Shown here: positions 47,562-59,619 of the stretch, in pieces
Position numbering within the stretch: the first letter of the stretch is position 1
Layout of the letters: each line of letters begins with the position of its first letter
Origin: Rebecca billardiae RCC1528
Taxonomy: Eukaryota; Protista; Haptophyta
Length of the DNA: 64,000 nucleotides
Reading direction: 5' to 3'
NCBI GenBank assembly: GCA_965240325.2
Contig: OZ251246.1
Coordinates: 1,116,001 to 1,180,000 of the forward strand
Position numbers and translations under genes: made by a program
The notes under the pieces: model-generated
What the model was told of the DNA's origin: nothing
Database searches by the model: none
What the model saw: the letters and a program-made list of their open reading frames with translations, nothing else

Positions 47562-48533
47562 TCAGCGCGCCATGGTCGGCGCCTGTGCCGGCTCGGGCGG
47601 TGACGACGCCGGCGGAGGCATGCCGACGGGCGCGAGGTTGCTCCGCTCGAGCTTGGCAAGCACGTCCTCAAAGTTGCACACGGCGCAGATGCCCGGGTCC
47701 TTCCACTCGTACAGCGCCTCCCCTCCCGGGCCGAGCACGAGGCAGCCGCCCAGCTGGGTGAGCAGCTGCAGCTGCGCGTCCGCGGGGCGGAGCGCGTCCC
47801 ACTCCTTGAGGGAGAGGCCGAGCATGTTCTGCAGCCGCAGCGTCGCGAGCTCGAGCGGGCGGCGCGGCCACGAGCCGACGAGCGGCAGCGCCGCGAACTT
47901 GTTCTCGAGCACCTCGCCCGTCGCGGGGTCGAGCTCGAGGGCGTTGGCCGGCCATCGGCCCGCGCGCGCGCCCTGCGCCAGCGCGTCCTCAATCCACGGC
48001 TGCCCGCCGAGCGGGTTGCCGAGGTAGCCGCCGATCACGGCGGGGAGCGTCGCCCATGCGCCGAGCCCGAAGAGCATCCCAAACAGCTTGAGGTACGGCG
48101 ACATCTCCGCGTCGTCCGGCCGCCAGCCGCGCGCGACGCCAAACGCGAGGCCTGCGGCACCCGTCGGGTCCGCGAGCAGCTCGACCGCCTCGGGGAGGTC
48201 GAGGCGGTCGGCGAGCGTGCGCGCAGCGTCGGGCTCGGCGTTGACAATGAAGAGCACGCGCTCCACCCCGCGCTGCCGCAGCTTGGGCAGGTAGTGCCGC
48301 ACGCGCTGGCCGTACTCGATCGCGTTGAAGTCGGCCGCGTACGTGCCAAAGATGACGCACGTGGCGTGCTGCGCGGAGGTGGAGGTGCACGCCTCGAGCT
48401 CGCGGCCGAGGTCGATGGGCGGCGCGTCGGGGCTTGCGCGCACGCGACTGGCCATGACGCCCTGCAGCTTGGCGTACGCGCTCACGCCCGCGGCGTGCGT
48501 GAGCACGAGGAGCGCGGCCGAGCGCAGCGACAT
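47562..48533 (-). CDS. AhpC-TSA_2 / peroxiredoxin-like 2 (AAED1-like) protein, probably plastid
   Basis: Signal peptide MSLRSAALLVLTHAAGVSA; IFGTYAADFNAIEY, LLADPTG, RPLELATLRLQNM, LTQLGG, YEWKDPGI. Confidence 0.75.
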   Translation of the reverse strand: MSLRSAALLVLTHAAGVSAYAKLQGVMASRVRASPDAPPIDLGRELEACTSTSAQHATCVIFGTYAADFNAIEYGQRVRHYLPKLRQRGVERVLFIVNAEPDAARTLADRLDLPEAVELLADPTGAAGLAFGVARGWRPDDAEMSPYLKLFGMLFGLGAWATLPAVIGGYLGNPLGGQPWIEDALAQGARAGRWPANALELDPATGEVLENKFAALPLVGSWPRRPLELATLRLQNMLGLSLKEWDALRPADAQLQLLTQLGGCLVLGPGGEALYEWKDPGICAVCNFEDVLAKLERSNLAPVGMPPPASSPPEPAQAPTMAR

Positions 48534-48918
48534 CGTCACGATGGTGATTGCGCCGGGACGTTCAGCGCGCTCGAATCTTCTCGGGCGGACAAACCGCCGC
48601 CGCAGAACCGCCGGCGCAGTGCGCGTTGCGCAGGCACCGTGCCCGGTCTTGCCTCAGTGCTCGAATGATCGTCGAACGGAAATGGTCAGACTCATGGTGC
48701 GTGCGGCTGAGCAAGGCACCATGGACGTCGTCATGCGGGCGTCGTCATCCGGAGGCAAGTCCGGAGCGGTGAGGCGCCGAGCATCGAGTCTGAGTAGTAC
48801 TAGTAGGCTAGTAGCAGAATACACCGCGCCGGTGCGTGCGCACACGTACTCGGCACTGGCGCGCCGGATGGCTCATGGTGCGGGCCGAGCGTGCGCTCGC
48901 GAGTCAGAAGAGGGGCCC

Positions 48919-50600
48919 TCAGAAGAGCTGCTCCTCCTTCTCCTTGGCCATGATCTTGGCCATCTCCTCGTCGCTCAGCTCCGTCTTGGTCACCTTGGCC
49001 TTTTCCGCGATGAGTCCGAGCACCTTCTCGCGCAGCATGGTCGCCTCGATCTGCGTCATCAGCATCGCGTCGTCCACCTTCTCGATGCCCTCGGGGTCGG
49101 ACTGCTTCATCATCGCCTGCGCGAGAGGCGGCGCGCGGCGCGTGGCGGCGGGGCGGCGCGCGGAATCAGGGGCGGCGGCGCGCGGGCGCAGCGGCCTGCC
49201 GCGAGCGCACGTGCGTGTGCGCGCGCGCGCGCGTGCGCGCGTGTGCGCGCACACACCTTCTGCTCCTCTATCTCCGCCTTGTCCACGCGGATGCCCTCGA
49301 GGCGGGCGATGGCGTCGACGAGCAGCGACGCGCGCACGATGTTCTCCGTCTTCGCCCGCGTCTCCTCCTTGTACGCATCGAACGACTCCGGCGTGACCAT
49401 CGACTGCAGCTGCTCGTCGTCGACCTCGCCTCGGTCCCTCAGCTCTGTCAGCATCGTCGCAAACCGCTTGCGCGCGTGCTCGGTGACGAGCGTGTCGGGC
49501 ACGGCGACGCCGGGGAGCAGCCGGTCGACGAGGACGTCCTCGAGCGCGAGGTACAGCCGCTCCTTCACCATCTTGTCCATCTCCGCCTGCACGCCCTGCC
49601 GCACGCGCTCGTGCAGCCCGGCGAGGTCGAGCGTCGGGTCGATCGACTTGGCGAGCGCGTCGTCCAGCTCAGGGAGCACGCGCGTCTGCACCGCCTTCAC
49701 CTCGACGTCGAAGAGGAGCTTCTTGCCCGCGAGCTGCGCCTGCTGCGAGCGCTGCGAGAACTCGACCGGCACCTCCCGCCGCTCGCCCGCCTTCGCGCCG
49801 AGCAGCCCCTCCACCAGCCCGGGCATGAAGCGGCCGGGCACAAGCTCGATCGTGAGCTCCTCGCCCGACGCGACGTTGAGCTCCTGCCCGCGCGCGCCGT
49901 CGGGCAGCGCCTCGTAGCCGGTCATGTCGACGCGGACGACGTCGCCCTCCTGCGCGACGCGCCCCTCGGGCAGGTCCTCCAGCTTCGCTTGCCGCTCGCG
50001 CAGCGCCTTGAGCGTCTCGTCGTACGCCTTGGTGTTGAACTTGGGCACGTCGATCTCGACGTCCAGGTTCTCATACGCGCCCTTCTCCACCTCGACCTCC
50101 GGCCAGAGCTCGACGTCGAGGTTGACGTCGAGGGGCTTGCCCGGGCTGAAGCGCGCGATCAGCGCCGTCGAGTCCTCCACCACCTGCGGCTCGCCGATCG
50201 CGTTGAGCTCGGGGTGGTTGCCGATCGCGTTGGTGCCGTAGTGCTCGAGCAGCTGCGCGATCGCGTCCGACGCGAGCACGTCGCGGCCGACGGCGCCAAT
50301 GACGAGGGCCTCGGGCGCGGCGCCCTTCTTGAAGCCATCCACGTTCACCTGCCCCTTCGCCTTCCGCACGAGCCCGTCGAACACCTCGCGCGTCGCCTCC
50401 GCCGGGATCGTGAGCGTGACCCGCGCCTCGCTCTTGCCCGGCACCTTCTCGTACGACAGCGACGCGTCCGGGATGGCGACCATCATGCGCACGGCGCGCG
50501 TGCCCGCGGGCAGCCGCGCCACGCCCACGATGCTGCCCCCGCGCGCGGCCGCAGCGCCCGCGAGCGCGGGGAGCAGCCACGTGCACGCCGCGGCCACCAT
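48919..50600 (-). CDS. tig: Plastid trigger factor (FKBP-type chaperone)
   Basis: Exons 50600-49257 and 49116-48919. Bipartite-like targeting, VDGFKKG (GFRxG signature variant), GDVVRVD, FMPGLVEGLLGAKAGE, LAGKKLLFDVEV, LPELDDALAK. Confidence 0.92.
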
Positions 50601-50779
50601 GATCACGAGCAGCTGGACGGACAGTCCCGTGGCCAAGCGGCACGCGAGCTTTTCGGCCCTCGGCGGAGCTCCGCAGCGCTCACGATGGCGGCGGCCAGGC
50701 TGGCGATCTCACGCAGGGAGATGGTGTCTCTGCGTGAGGCGACTACGGTCGACGACGGCTCACGGCTCCCGAAGTCGCG

Positions 50780-51538
50780 ATGGTGATGTCATCACGTCCG
50801 CTCGTCGCGCTGTGCCTGCTCGGCTCCGCGGCGGGCCTGCGTGTGACTCCGGCGCGATCGCGCGTGCTGAGCGCCGACGCCGTCGCGCGGCGCTCAGCGC
50901 TCGCCGCGGCGAGCTCGGCCGTGCTGCTCGGCTGCGCGAGCGCGCTGCCCGGCGGCGGCGCCGCGCTCGCCGCCGTCAAAGCGCCCAAGCGCGACGAGGC
51001 TCAGCTGAAACGCGTGACCGTGCTGATCCTGCGCGTGATGGAGGCGACGGACCAGGAGGAGCGGCTGATCAAGTCCGGCATGTACAAGGACGTCCAGCGG
51101 AAGAGCGTCAAGAACGCCGCGACGATGATGCTCGACAACTACGACCTGCGCAACTCGCTCGTGACCGCCAGCATCTTTGTGGACGCGGCGCAGGTGGCGG
51201 AGGCGACGCGGCTGGGTCAGGAGGCGAGCGAAGCGCTCACGCAGATCGTGGGCTACTTCCCCGCCGACCTCAGCGTGGGCGAGCTCGAGCGGCCTCAGCA
51301 GGACTTTGTGCTAAAGGCGCTCGCGACCACGCGCGTCAACCTCGAGTCGTTTGTCGCCATGCTGCCTCAGGACGTCGTGCGCGCCGCCCGCAGCCAGATC
51401 GCCGAGGAGAACCAGCTGAACGTGAAGGAGTTCAAGGAGCTTTACCCGGGCGAGGCGATGATCAACGTGCCCACGCCCGGCGCAACCACCGGCCCCCAAA
51501 TCCAGTACATCCCGTCAGGGTCGCTGCCCTCGAAGTGA
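50780..51538 (+). CDS. Conserved algal plastid protein, likely thylakoid lumen (Tat signal)
   Basis: Signal peptide, then RRSAL-hydrophobic-ALA Tat-type lumen signal; helical mature domain; strong coding bias. Confidence 0.72.
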   Translation: MVMSSRPLVALCLLGSAAGLRVTPARSRVLSADAVARRSALAAASSAVLLGCASALPGGGAALAAVKAPKRDEAQLKRVTVLILRVMEATDQEERLIKSGMYKDVQRKSVKNAATMMLDNYDLRNSLVTASIFVDAAQVAEATRLGQEASEALTQIVGYFPADLSVGELERPQQDFVLKALATTRVNLESFVAMLPQDVVRAARSQIAEENQLNVKEFKELYPGEAMINVPTPGATTGPQIQYIPSGSLPSK

Positions 51539-51565
51539 GTTTAGCTGTTTATTAGTCCGGTCGTG

Positions 51566-52140
51566 TAGACTCATTCTATGATTTAACGACACAGGTAGGA
51601 CGACGCGGGTCTCCTGATTCGTCGGCGGCAGTGCCCGATCGTCGACACGAAGTCGGCGTTGGTGGCAGAGCATAGCCTGCACCGCGATCCGATTGCTTGA
51701 GCGCGGCCTTGAGCTGCTGGAGCGCGATCCACCTGCGCTGCGCGGCTCGCATGGCCCTGCTGTGCCCCGAGCGAGGGCGATGGTGCAGGTCCGGATGTCA
51801 GCTGGCAGTCTCAGCCGCTGGTGGCAGCTGGTCGAGCCTGCCCCGTGCTCCCCGAGCGGTCGCGTACGCGCCTGCCGCTCGAGCCAGCTGGCTGGCTGGC
51901 GGCGGCTGGCGCTGCAGCGTCGTCCAGGGTGCGCTTCGTCCGCTGCTGCGGCAGCTCCTCGTCGTCCAAGTCGTCGCCCGGGGGCGAGTCTCGGTCCTCG
52001 TGGAGCGGGGCAGCAGGGACTGGCGTGGGTGCAGCGGCCGGTGCCAGGCGCGCCGCCTTGCGCGCCTGGCGTTCCTTGACGGCGCGGCGCGTCGAGGAGC
52101 GACTCGCCTGCCTGAGCTGTGTGCGTCTCCTATTCTTAGT
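51566..52140 (-). mobile_element. Degenerate repeat element ending in ...CCTGTGTCGTTAAATCATAGAATGAGT
   Basis: Terminus 51566-51623 matches 11050-11100 and 9661-9698; the inner boundary is uncertain. Confidence 0.5.
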
Positions 52141-52241
52141 AAACTGTAGTGCATGCTGCGACGAGTATGATACGAGTCGGACGAGCAGGCGGACTGAGAG
52201 CGCCGCTGCAACTGCTATATATAGAGAGGCCAATAGAGGCC

Positions 52242-52670
52242 GGTTACCGCCCGAGAGCCCCACTGGGGCCTGGGGGGTGCGTGGCCCAAAATCCAACTTC
52301 CTGCCGTCTTGAGATGAGGCTCTCAAACTTCGGGATGTCAATATATTCGCCTGATGAAATGAGCCGCGCTGGGGTCACGCTGACAAGTTTTGCGAAAAAA
52401 TGGCACATACTGGAGATATACGACCTCAATCTCGACGCGATCTCGGCAACATTAGTAGGGGAGATACACGATCTCCAAGGTGATCTCGCTATGTGCACCA
52501 GAATCGCACCGTCTAGATCACATTTTGGCAGTCTGAAATTGGCACAGGCGGATTCTACACCCTGGAATTAAGCCTAAACGAACTTAAACGGCGGACTCAA
52601 ACAGTTAGAAACCGAGGAGATATTTCATATTTCGAGATTTCGGGAGATTGTGTCACTCGGGAGTGTAACG
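52242..52670. mobile_element. MITE-like element with imperfect TIR and GAGAT-rich subterminal repeats
   Basis: GTTACCGCCCGAG vs reverse complement GTTACACTCCCGAG; low GC; repeated GAGAT/ATCTC. Confidence 0.4.
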
Positions 52671-52746
52671 GTCGGAGCTCTGACCCCACTCAACTGCTAT
52701 ACAGGCTCCAGCCACAGAGTCAGGGACGTCCACTGACCCTATGGGG

Positions 52747-53640
52747 GGGGTGCATTTAGACGAACCCCTGGGAGCCAGGGAGCGATGAGGGTACCAATCG
52801 AAAGATCTCCGGGGCGGCGGACGAAGTAACGTAGTCCTCATCGAAGTAATCGACGTCTTCTCACGCCTCGACGTGTTTGAACGCGTCGTCACAGTCGAAC
52901 ACGGAGGACTCCATCGTGCTGAACTTTTTTTTGGGCTCCCGGACCGGTCTCTCGCACGATGGAGCTCCGCCGAGCGGGCGAGGAGACGAGACGCCTTGGA
53001 GGCCTTGATCCGGGCGCATCCGCTGGTTGGCCGCGGCACCCTGTCGCGCTCGCGCCCCGGGTGCACCTTCGTGCACTGAGAGTCACCGATGGGCGAGAAG
53101 CTGCTCGTCGACTCGAGCAAGCTGCGCGCTGTCCGCGTCGAGCTGCTCGCGCCGGCGGCCACACCTTGAGCTCGCGGCGGTGCGGGTGTGCGCATGAGCT
53201 TGTCGGCTTCGAGCTGCTCGCGCCCCGGGCCGCGCCGTCAGCTCGTGGTGGCACGGGTATGCGCACGAGCTCGTGCTTGGCTGCAGCTCCTCAGAGGACT
53301 GCCACAGCTGGCTGGCTCAGAGCTTGTTCGACGAGTGCTCAGTGCTGAGGTGCGGTGTGGCCTGCGCGGTGCGCCGCAGCGGTCAATGCGTTGCTCGATC
53401 CTGCAGTGCAAGCTACGTCTTGACTCGCGAGGGAGGCGCCGATATCGGGGCTGTGTGCAATGCGTCATGGCCGCTCGGCGCAGAGCCGACGCCGCACGAC
53501 GCAGCCCTCAGCCAACACCAGCGAACACGGTCTGCTATGACGAATTCTGGCGAGTTGGGGCCTTATTGAGGCGTATTTGGTCCTTCGATCGGCTGGGGGG
53601 AGCCCCCCCCAGACCCCCCCAGAGAGTCTGAATGCACCCC
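52747..53640. mobile_element. TIR element (GGGGTGCATTYAGAC)
   Basis: GGGGTGCATTTAGAC at 52747 and GTCTGAATGCACCCC ending at 53640; internal ~70-bp tandem repeat; no clear TSD. Confidence 0.65.
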
Positions 53641-54162
53641 TGCTGGACGTCCCGGACAGTGACCGGAGCCTACAGCTATCGATATAGCATCAGATAGACG
53701 TAACTAGTATATATGTATATATATACCATTATATATTTATTAATTGCGCTCTGATAAATTCGACGACGACATTCACTGTCGGACCGGACAATCCGACATT
53801 CGAATTCATTCGTCACTCGGTCGGTCCTGCGCAGTGCACTCACGCCCTCACACCGGTCAACCAACGACAATAATAATATATTATAACTATACCGATATAT
53901 ATATATCATATATATATCATCGACACGGCCTAAGTGCCGGCGTGCCGGCGCACCGGGACCGGGGCTGCCATGCAGTCACACCGGCTGATGCCAGCAGACG
54001 ACCGGCTTGCGCGCACGAATTTGGACTCGGAGTCCGATTCTCTCCGCGGCCAGTCCGCGAGGCGGCGAGTCGTAGCGAATAAGCGATTATTTAAAAAAAA
54101 CTACTCAGAATAATATATATATATTAATAATATATATCAATGATATGCATAATGAGTATATA

Positions 54163-55538
54163 TCAAGTGACGATGCGGATGAAGAGGGTCAGCCACGCTG
54201 TCAGATAGAGCGGTGCTACGATCATCTGCACGGCGAGAATGGCCGCAGCGCGGCGGCTGAGGTTGTGCGGTTGTCTCTGGTTCAGCATGACGACGGCGTT
54301 GTTCGCCGTGGGCATTGCCGTCTGCAGCAGCAGCACGAGGCGCAGCAGCGTGCCCACGCGCCGCCCGTCGTCACCAGGCCCGCCGCCGGTGGCGAGCGCG
54401 GGGATGCAGCGCGTGTCGAGGCTGTACAGCGCCAAGCCGAGCGCAGGCATCAAGCCCGCGCGCACGATGAACGTGAGCGCGGCGTCGAGCGGCAGCCCGT
54501 GCCACCACGGCTGCTCCGTGCCCGCATGCCCCTGGCCCTCCGCCTCGTCGTCCGCGTCCGCACCCGCGCCGAGCACCGCGCCGAGCAAGACGGTGCCCAC
54601 CGGGATGCACGCGTCGCCCACCAGCAGCAGCGCCGCCTGCAGCGGCGCGAGGGGCGCGTTGGCGCCGACGAGCAGGCGCTTGGCGGGCGAGATGCCGACG
54701 AGCAGCCCGGCGAGGACGGCGACGATTGGCGCGTTGAGCGTGCGCCGCGCCATCGCCACCATGCTATCGCGCTCCGGCAGGCGCGCCCACACGGCTGCGA
54801 CGGGGCGAGACGCGGCGTGCTGGTGCGCCCATAGCCGCCCGCCGACCGAGCCGCTGAGTGCGATCGTGCCCCCCGCAGAGCTCTCCTCCGTGACGGATGA
54901 ACCGCGCCCCCCGCTCTCCTCCACGCTCGGCTGCGCCGCCAGCTTGGTCGGCGGCTCGGCCGCAATCGGCCGCCCCGCGTACTCCCAGCCAGCCGTCCAG
55001 CAGAGCACGCTCCAGCCGAGCAGGTACACGGACACGTTGCCGAACGCGCGGTCGAGGGCGAGCGGGTCGTCGGGTACGAGGACGGGCGCGAGGCTAGTGA
55101 GGAGGATCAGGGGGAACAGGTTGCCTGTGGCGCGGCCCGCGCGGCGCAGGCAGCAGCGTGAGGTGTGCAAAAGCGGTGCGCGCGCGCGCACTGACTGTTC
55201 CGCGCACCATTGCCGAACGTGCCAGCCAATACTACGACCCGCCTGCGAGATGGGCTCAGTCTGCACACCCAGGCGAGCGCGCTCGTCACCGCAAAGCCCA
55301 AGCCAACGTGCACGACCGCGTGCGCGGGCAGCAACCAGTCCGTTGCGAGCCCGGCCAACGTCGCTGACTCCGCAACGCGCGCAAAGAGCATGCACGGGAG
55401 CAGCAGATGGACGGTGAAGGCGTTGAGCTGCTTGACCGCCGGCGCGTTGACGAAGCCCGTGCGCGCCAGGACCACGCCGAAGCTCAACACGAGCATGGCC
55501 TTCGCCACGGCGGCGCCGGCCGCCGCGAAGGGCGTCAT
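54163..55538 (-). CDS. PIN-like (PILS) auxin-efflux-carrier family transporter
   Basis: Exons 55538-55208 and 55124-54163. LLLPCMLFA, FGNGNLFPL, LNAPIVA, GDACIP...LLGA, LLLQTAMPTANN; about 10 TM helices. Confidence 0.88.
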
Positions 55539-55660
55539 GCAACTCAACAACGATGCATGGCGCCCGGCGCCCTCGCCCTGGTCGGCGGCCCGCACGCCAT
55601 CTGCGAAAGAGAGGAAAAGCCGTCCTGGACGAAATCTAAATCCTACGCTGGTGATTCGGC

Positions 55661-57168
55661 ATGGCGGCAGCGGCGAGCGCGCCGATGGAGGCGAAGCCGC
55701 GCATCTTGCTCATGGGGATGCGGAGGTGCGCCGCGCGCGCGCGCTTGTTCGCGCGTGGTGCCGGCGCATATCGCCCCTTCACCGCCCGCTCCCCGTCGGC
55801 CCCTCGACGCCCGCCCTTGCGCGCCCGCAGGAGCGGGAAGACCTCGATTCAAAAAGTCGTCTTTCACAAGCTCTCGCCGCACGAGACGCTCTTCCTCGAG
55901 GGGACGACGAAGATCATCAAAACAGGTGCGCGCCCGCCGGCGCGCGCTGCAGCCACCCCTCCATCCCGCGCGTGCCGACCGACCGCGCCGGCCTCCCTTC
56001 CGCGGCGCGCGGGCGGCCGCGGGGTGCGCGGAGCGCAGACATCTCGAACAGCGCGCTGCTGCAGTTCGAGGTGTGGGACTTCCCGCCGCCGGGGCCGACC
56101 GACTTCACCGACCACGAGGCGAAGTGGACGCCCGTCTTCGCCGCGTGCTCCACGCTGGTGTGGGTCATTGACGTGCAGGTCGGCGCTCGCGCGCGCACGG
56201 GGCGCATGCGCGTGCAGCGCCGCGCGCTGGCTTGCGCGCCGCGTGCGCGCCAGCGCGAGCGGCCCACAACGACGGCGGCCGCGCGTGGCGCCGCGCGCGC
56301 CACACCCCGCCCTTCCCGCGCGCAGGACGAGTACGCCGAGTCGATCGCGCGGCTGCAGGCCGCGCTCGCGGTCGCGCTGCGCGCGCGCGGCGGCGCGCCG
56401 CTCGCATGCGAGGTCGTTGTCCACAAGACCGACTCGCTGTCGGAGGACCAGAAGTTCGAGGTGCAGCGCGACGTGCACGCGCAGGTGTCGGAGGAGCTCT
56501 CGTCGCTGCGCTCGGGCGTGCCCCTCCGCGTCTTCCTCACCTCGATCTACGACCACTCCATCTTCGAGGCGCTGAGCAAGGTGGTGCAGCGGCTGCTCGC
56601 GCCGCTGCCCGCGCTGCAGCACCTGCTGGACGTGCTGCTCTCAAAGGCGGCGGGCGAGAAGGCGTTCCTCTTCGACATGGTGTCCAAGCTGTACCTCGCG
56701 ACGGACTCGTCGCCCGTGGACATGCAGCTGTACGAGCTCTGCGCCGACGTGATCGACGTCGTGATCGACGTAACGTACATCTACGCGCCCAGGCCGCAGC
56801 CGCAGGGCGGCGCGGCGGGCGGCGCGGCCGCGGCGGGGCAGCCGGGCGCGGCGGGCGGCGCGGCGGCGGCGGGCGGCGGCGCGGATGGCGCGGCGCGCGG
56901 CGGCGCGGGCGGCGCGGACGGCGGCGCCGCCGAGCCGGACGACGGCCCGGCCGCCGCCCCGGGCGCCACCTCCTCCGCCGTGATCCGGCTCTCCAACGGC
57001 TCGGTGCTGCACCTGCGGCCGGTGGACGAGTACGTGGCGCTGGTGGTCGTCATGTCCGAGCACACGCTGCAGCGGCAGGGGCTGGTCGAGGTGAACTTCC
57101 AGTGCTTCAGGGAGGCGGTGCGCAGCCTGTTCCCGGCGAAGCGCGCGCTCGCCGCGGCCGAGGTGTAG
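55661..57168 (+). CDS. RRAGC: Rag GTPase RagC/D (Gtr2)
   Basis: Exons 55661-55725, 55831-55925, 56039-56178, 56326-57168. [73 protein letters not shown]. Confidence 0.95.
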
Positions 57169-57576
57169 GCGGCCCGCCAGCTGGCGCGCGCGCTCTTCGC
57201 CGCGGCTCAGGCCCGTGTGCGCGGAGTGTCCTGTGCCGCTGCGCGGCGTCGGCGTGGCGGGCGCGGCGCTGGCTGGTGGCTTTGGGTCTGACCACCGTGG
57301 CTCACAGCGGCCGCGGGTGCCGACGGTCGGCACTGCGCCCCGGGGCCGCCGCCCGGCCGCCGGCTAGTGCTGTCACTCCGGCGGCCGGGCCGCGGCGGAC
57401 GCGCCGCACGGGTCGCCCGCTTCGCGCCATCGGGCCCGCGCATCGGCGGCCGCGCACCCGCCACCGGCCCACCGGTCCCGGACGACGGCCTGTTTGGCTG
57501 TTATTAGTATCACGAGTGTTAGGCTGTAGTTGCCAAGCCCTGGCTTTCATGTTGCGGCCGTTTCAGTCGCGTCACT

Positions 57577-59619
57577 CAGGGTGAAAATCCCATTTTCTGG
57601 CCTGTCCGGGTGGAAAATCCGGCTGCTCAGATCTGACCGGACCGGGACCCGGACAGCACAGTATCTAGGGACCAGACACTTTTACATCTTCGTTCTCTTC
57701 GGATTTGTGGCTGAGTCAGTTTAAATTCCCCTTCGGCGAAGGGAAACTTTTTCCGCGCAAAGCCCGGCCAAAGAAAGTCGAAACCCGCTGACTCATCTGC
57801 AAAGCTCAGAGTGGCGCCCGTGCGGTTGCCAGCATGCCTGCGGTCGGCCGTCCCGGTGGGCGAGCCGCGGTGATCGGAGCCAACTGGATGGGCTCGGTCG
57901 CAGCCGAGTCAGCAGGGAGGTGATCGTAGCGAGCAGCACCGCCGACATGCGGCATGTTGGACGAGGTGAGTCATGCAGCAGCTCGGCTCGCGGCACGGAG
58001 CGGCTCACGTGATCGGCGTCGAGTGATGCCGGCCTCGACAAGCGCCAGACACGCTGCCTACAGGCCTGACAGGATGCACTGAGCAAGCTGCGCCAGTGGG
58101 TGCGGCAGCGACATGCGTCTCTAGCTGCGCCGTGACCTCTTGACGCGCTGGCCGCCCCGGCGCCCCGGCCCAGCGCGCGCGCGCTGCCGCGCGCTGCGCG
58201 GCTCAGGCTGGAGCCGTCTCAGATCCAATCTGACTCAAACTTCTCAGAAATTCAAAAAAATGGATTTTCTCGCCCATTTTTCGTCCTTCGTCGACGTTCT
58301 TGGGCTCTACGTGCTCCTCTCGACGAGGCGCTTCGGGTAGGCTAGCTAACTCGGATCGCGACCCCTGCACTAAAAAGGGGATTTTAAACTGACTCAGCCA
58401 CAATTTTGAGCATGGGGCGGCGCCCCATTTGCACAGTCAAAAGACCGCGGGTGTAAAAGCAACCGTTGTCGAGTTCGATGTAGCGGCTGGGCGAATTATT
58501 AGTGAATAAAAAACAATTCACGAGACACTTGCGCCCACGGCCGCGATGGCGTGCGCCGTCCACCCACGACGGAGTCGTGGACGGACATCGCTACACAGCC
58601 TACGCGACAGGCGTTGTCGTGATCGAGGTGCCCGTGCCCGTTGTCGATAGCCAAACGATTGGCACGACGACCTGGCACCACATCCGCGTCAAGCGCGGCG
58701 AGGCCGTGGTCCAGCGCGTGTGCGCCACTGAGCTGGCCGATGTGCGGACGGCGTCGGGTGGCGCAGGGGCTCCTGCCGATGCTACCTGGCGGCTGCTGCG
58801 GGGCCTGCTGCCGTGGTCGAGCCTGGGGCAGAGGCTGAGTCAACCGCGGAGCAGCTCAACGCTTCCGAGATCGAGCTGCGCGCGGTCGGACCAGATGACG
58901 GCCCGCGGCCGTCCAAGCGCACACGCAAGGACGCCTGAGCACACGCGTTCAGTCCGAGCAAAGCCTGGTCGGCGTACGAGCGCGAGCCAGCTCAGACACG
59001 GCACGAGCGCACGCGTGACGGCTCGTACGATGAGCTCGTCGGCTTGGTCATCGGGCTGCTGTCGCTCGTCGCCTCGCTTGTCACGTCACACTCAGCTGAG
59101 CAGAGACATCACTCCCGCCGTTCAGCTGATCGACGAGGACGAGGCGGCCAAGACGGCGGCGGCTCAAACGCCTGGAGGAGGAGCGCAGGAGGAGGAGGAG
59201 CTCCCAGCGCTGAGCCTGTGGGGCCGCGCCGAGGCCAGGCACCGCGGCCAGCGGCTGCAGTCGCGGGTGGCTGCCGGACAGCAGCTCGGCGGCACACGCT
59301 CACTCATACGTCGATCCTCTTGCTCGAGAGTCGAGGCGGCGGGCAAGGTGCAGGCCGCACGCGAGCTTGCTGAGCGTGCGCAGGCCGAGCCGCAGCTGAG
59401 GCCCGAGGGTGCTCGGGACGCCGCGTGCGCAAGCAGGCCGCCTCGCAGCAGATGGTGCTTCGCATCGAATAACTACGCTGATACTAACCCGAAAAAATTT
59501 CTTCGCACTGCGTGCGCTTTACTCCCATTATTATTATTTTATTCCTTATTCGCGTATTAAATGCCGCTTTTCCGCCTCCCCAGTGCGGAAGTGCGCCAGA
59601 AAATGGGAATTCCACCCCT
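57577..59619 (+). mobile_element. Degenerate hAT transposon
   Basis: 24-bp TIR with 3 mismatches (AGGGTGAAAATCCCATTTTCTGGC vs reverse complement of 59595-59618). Internal YDELVGLVIGLLSLVAS..SAEQ (~59020-59105) resembles the hAT dimerisation domain. TSD not discernible. Confidence 0.7.

Noticed and set aside
51571-51584. ATTCTATG as a CR1 LINE 3' tail
   Set aside because: The octamer is single, and the conserved sequence extends on its 3' side, opposite to a CR1 tail; no reverse transcriptase remnant seen.
58502-59560. 352-aa ORF as an intact gene
   Set aside because: Non-ATG start and no coherent domain; it lies within a decayed hAT element whose recognisable remnant is in another frame.
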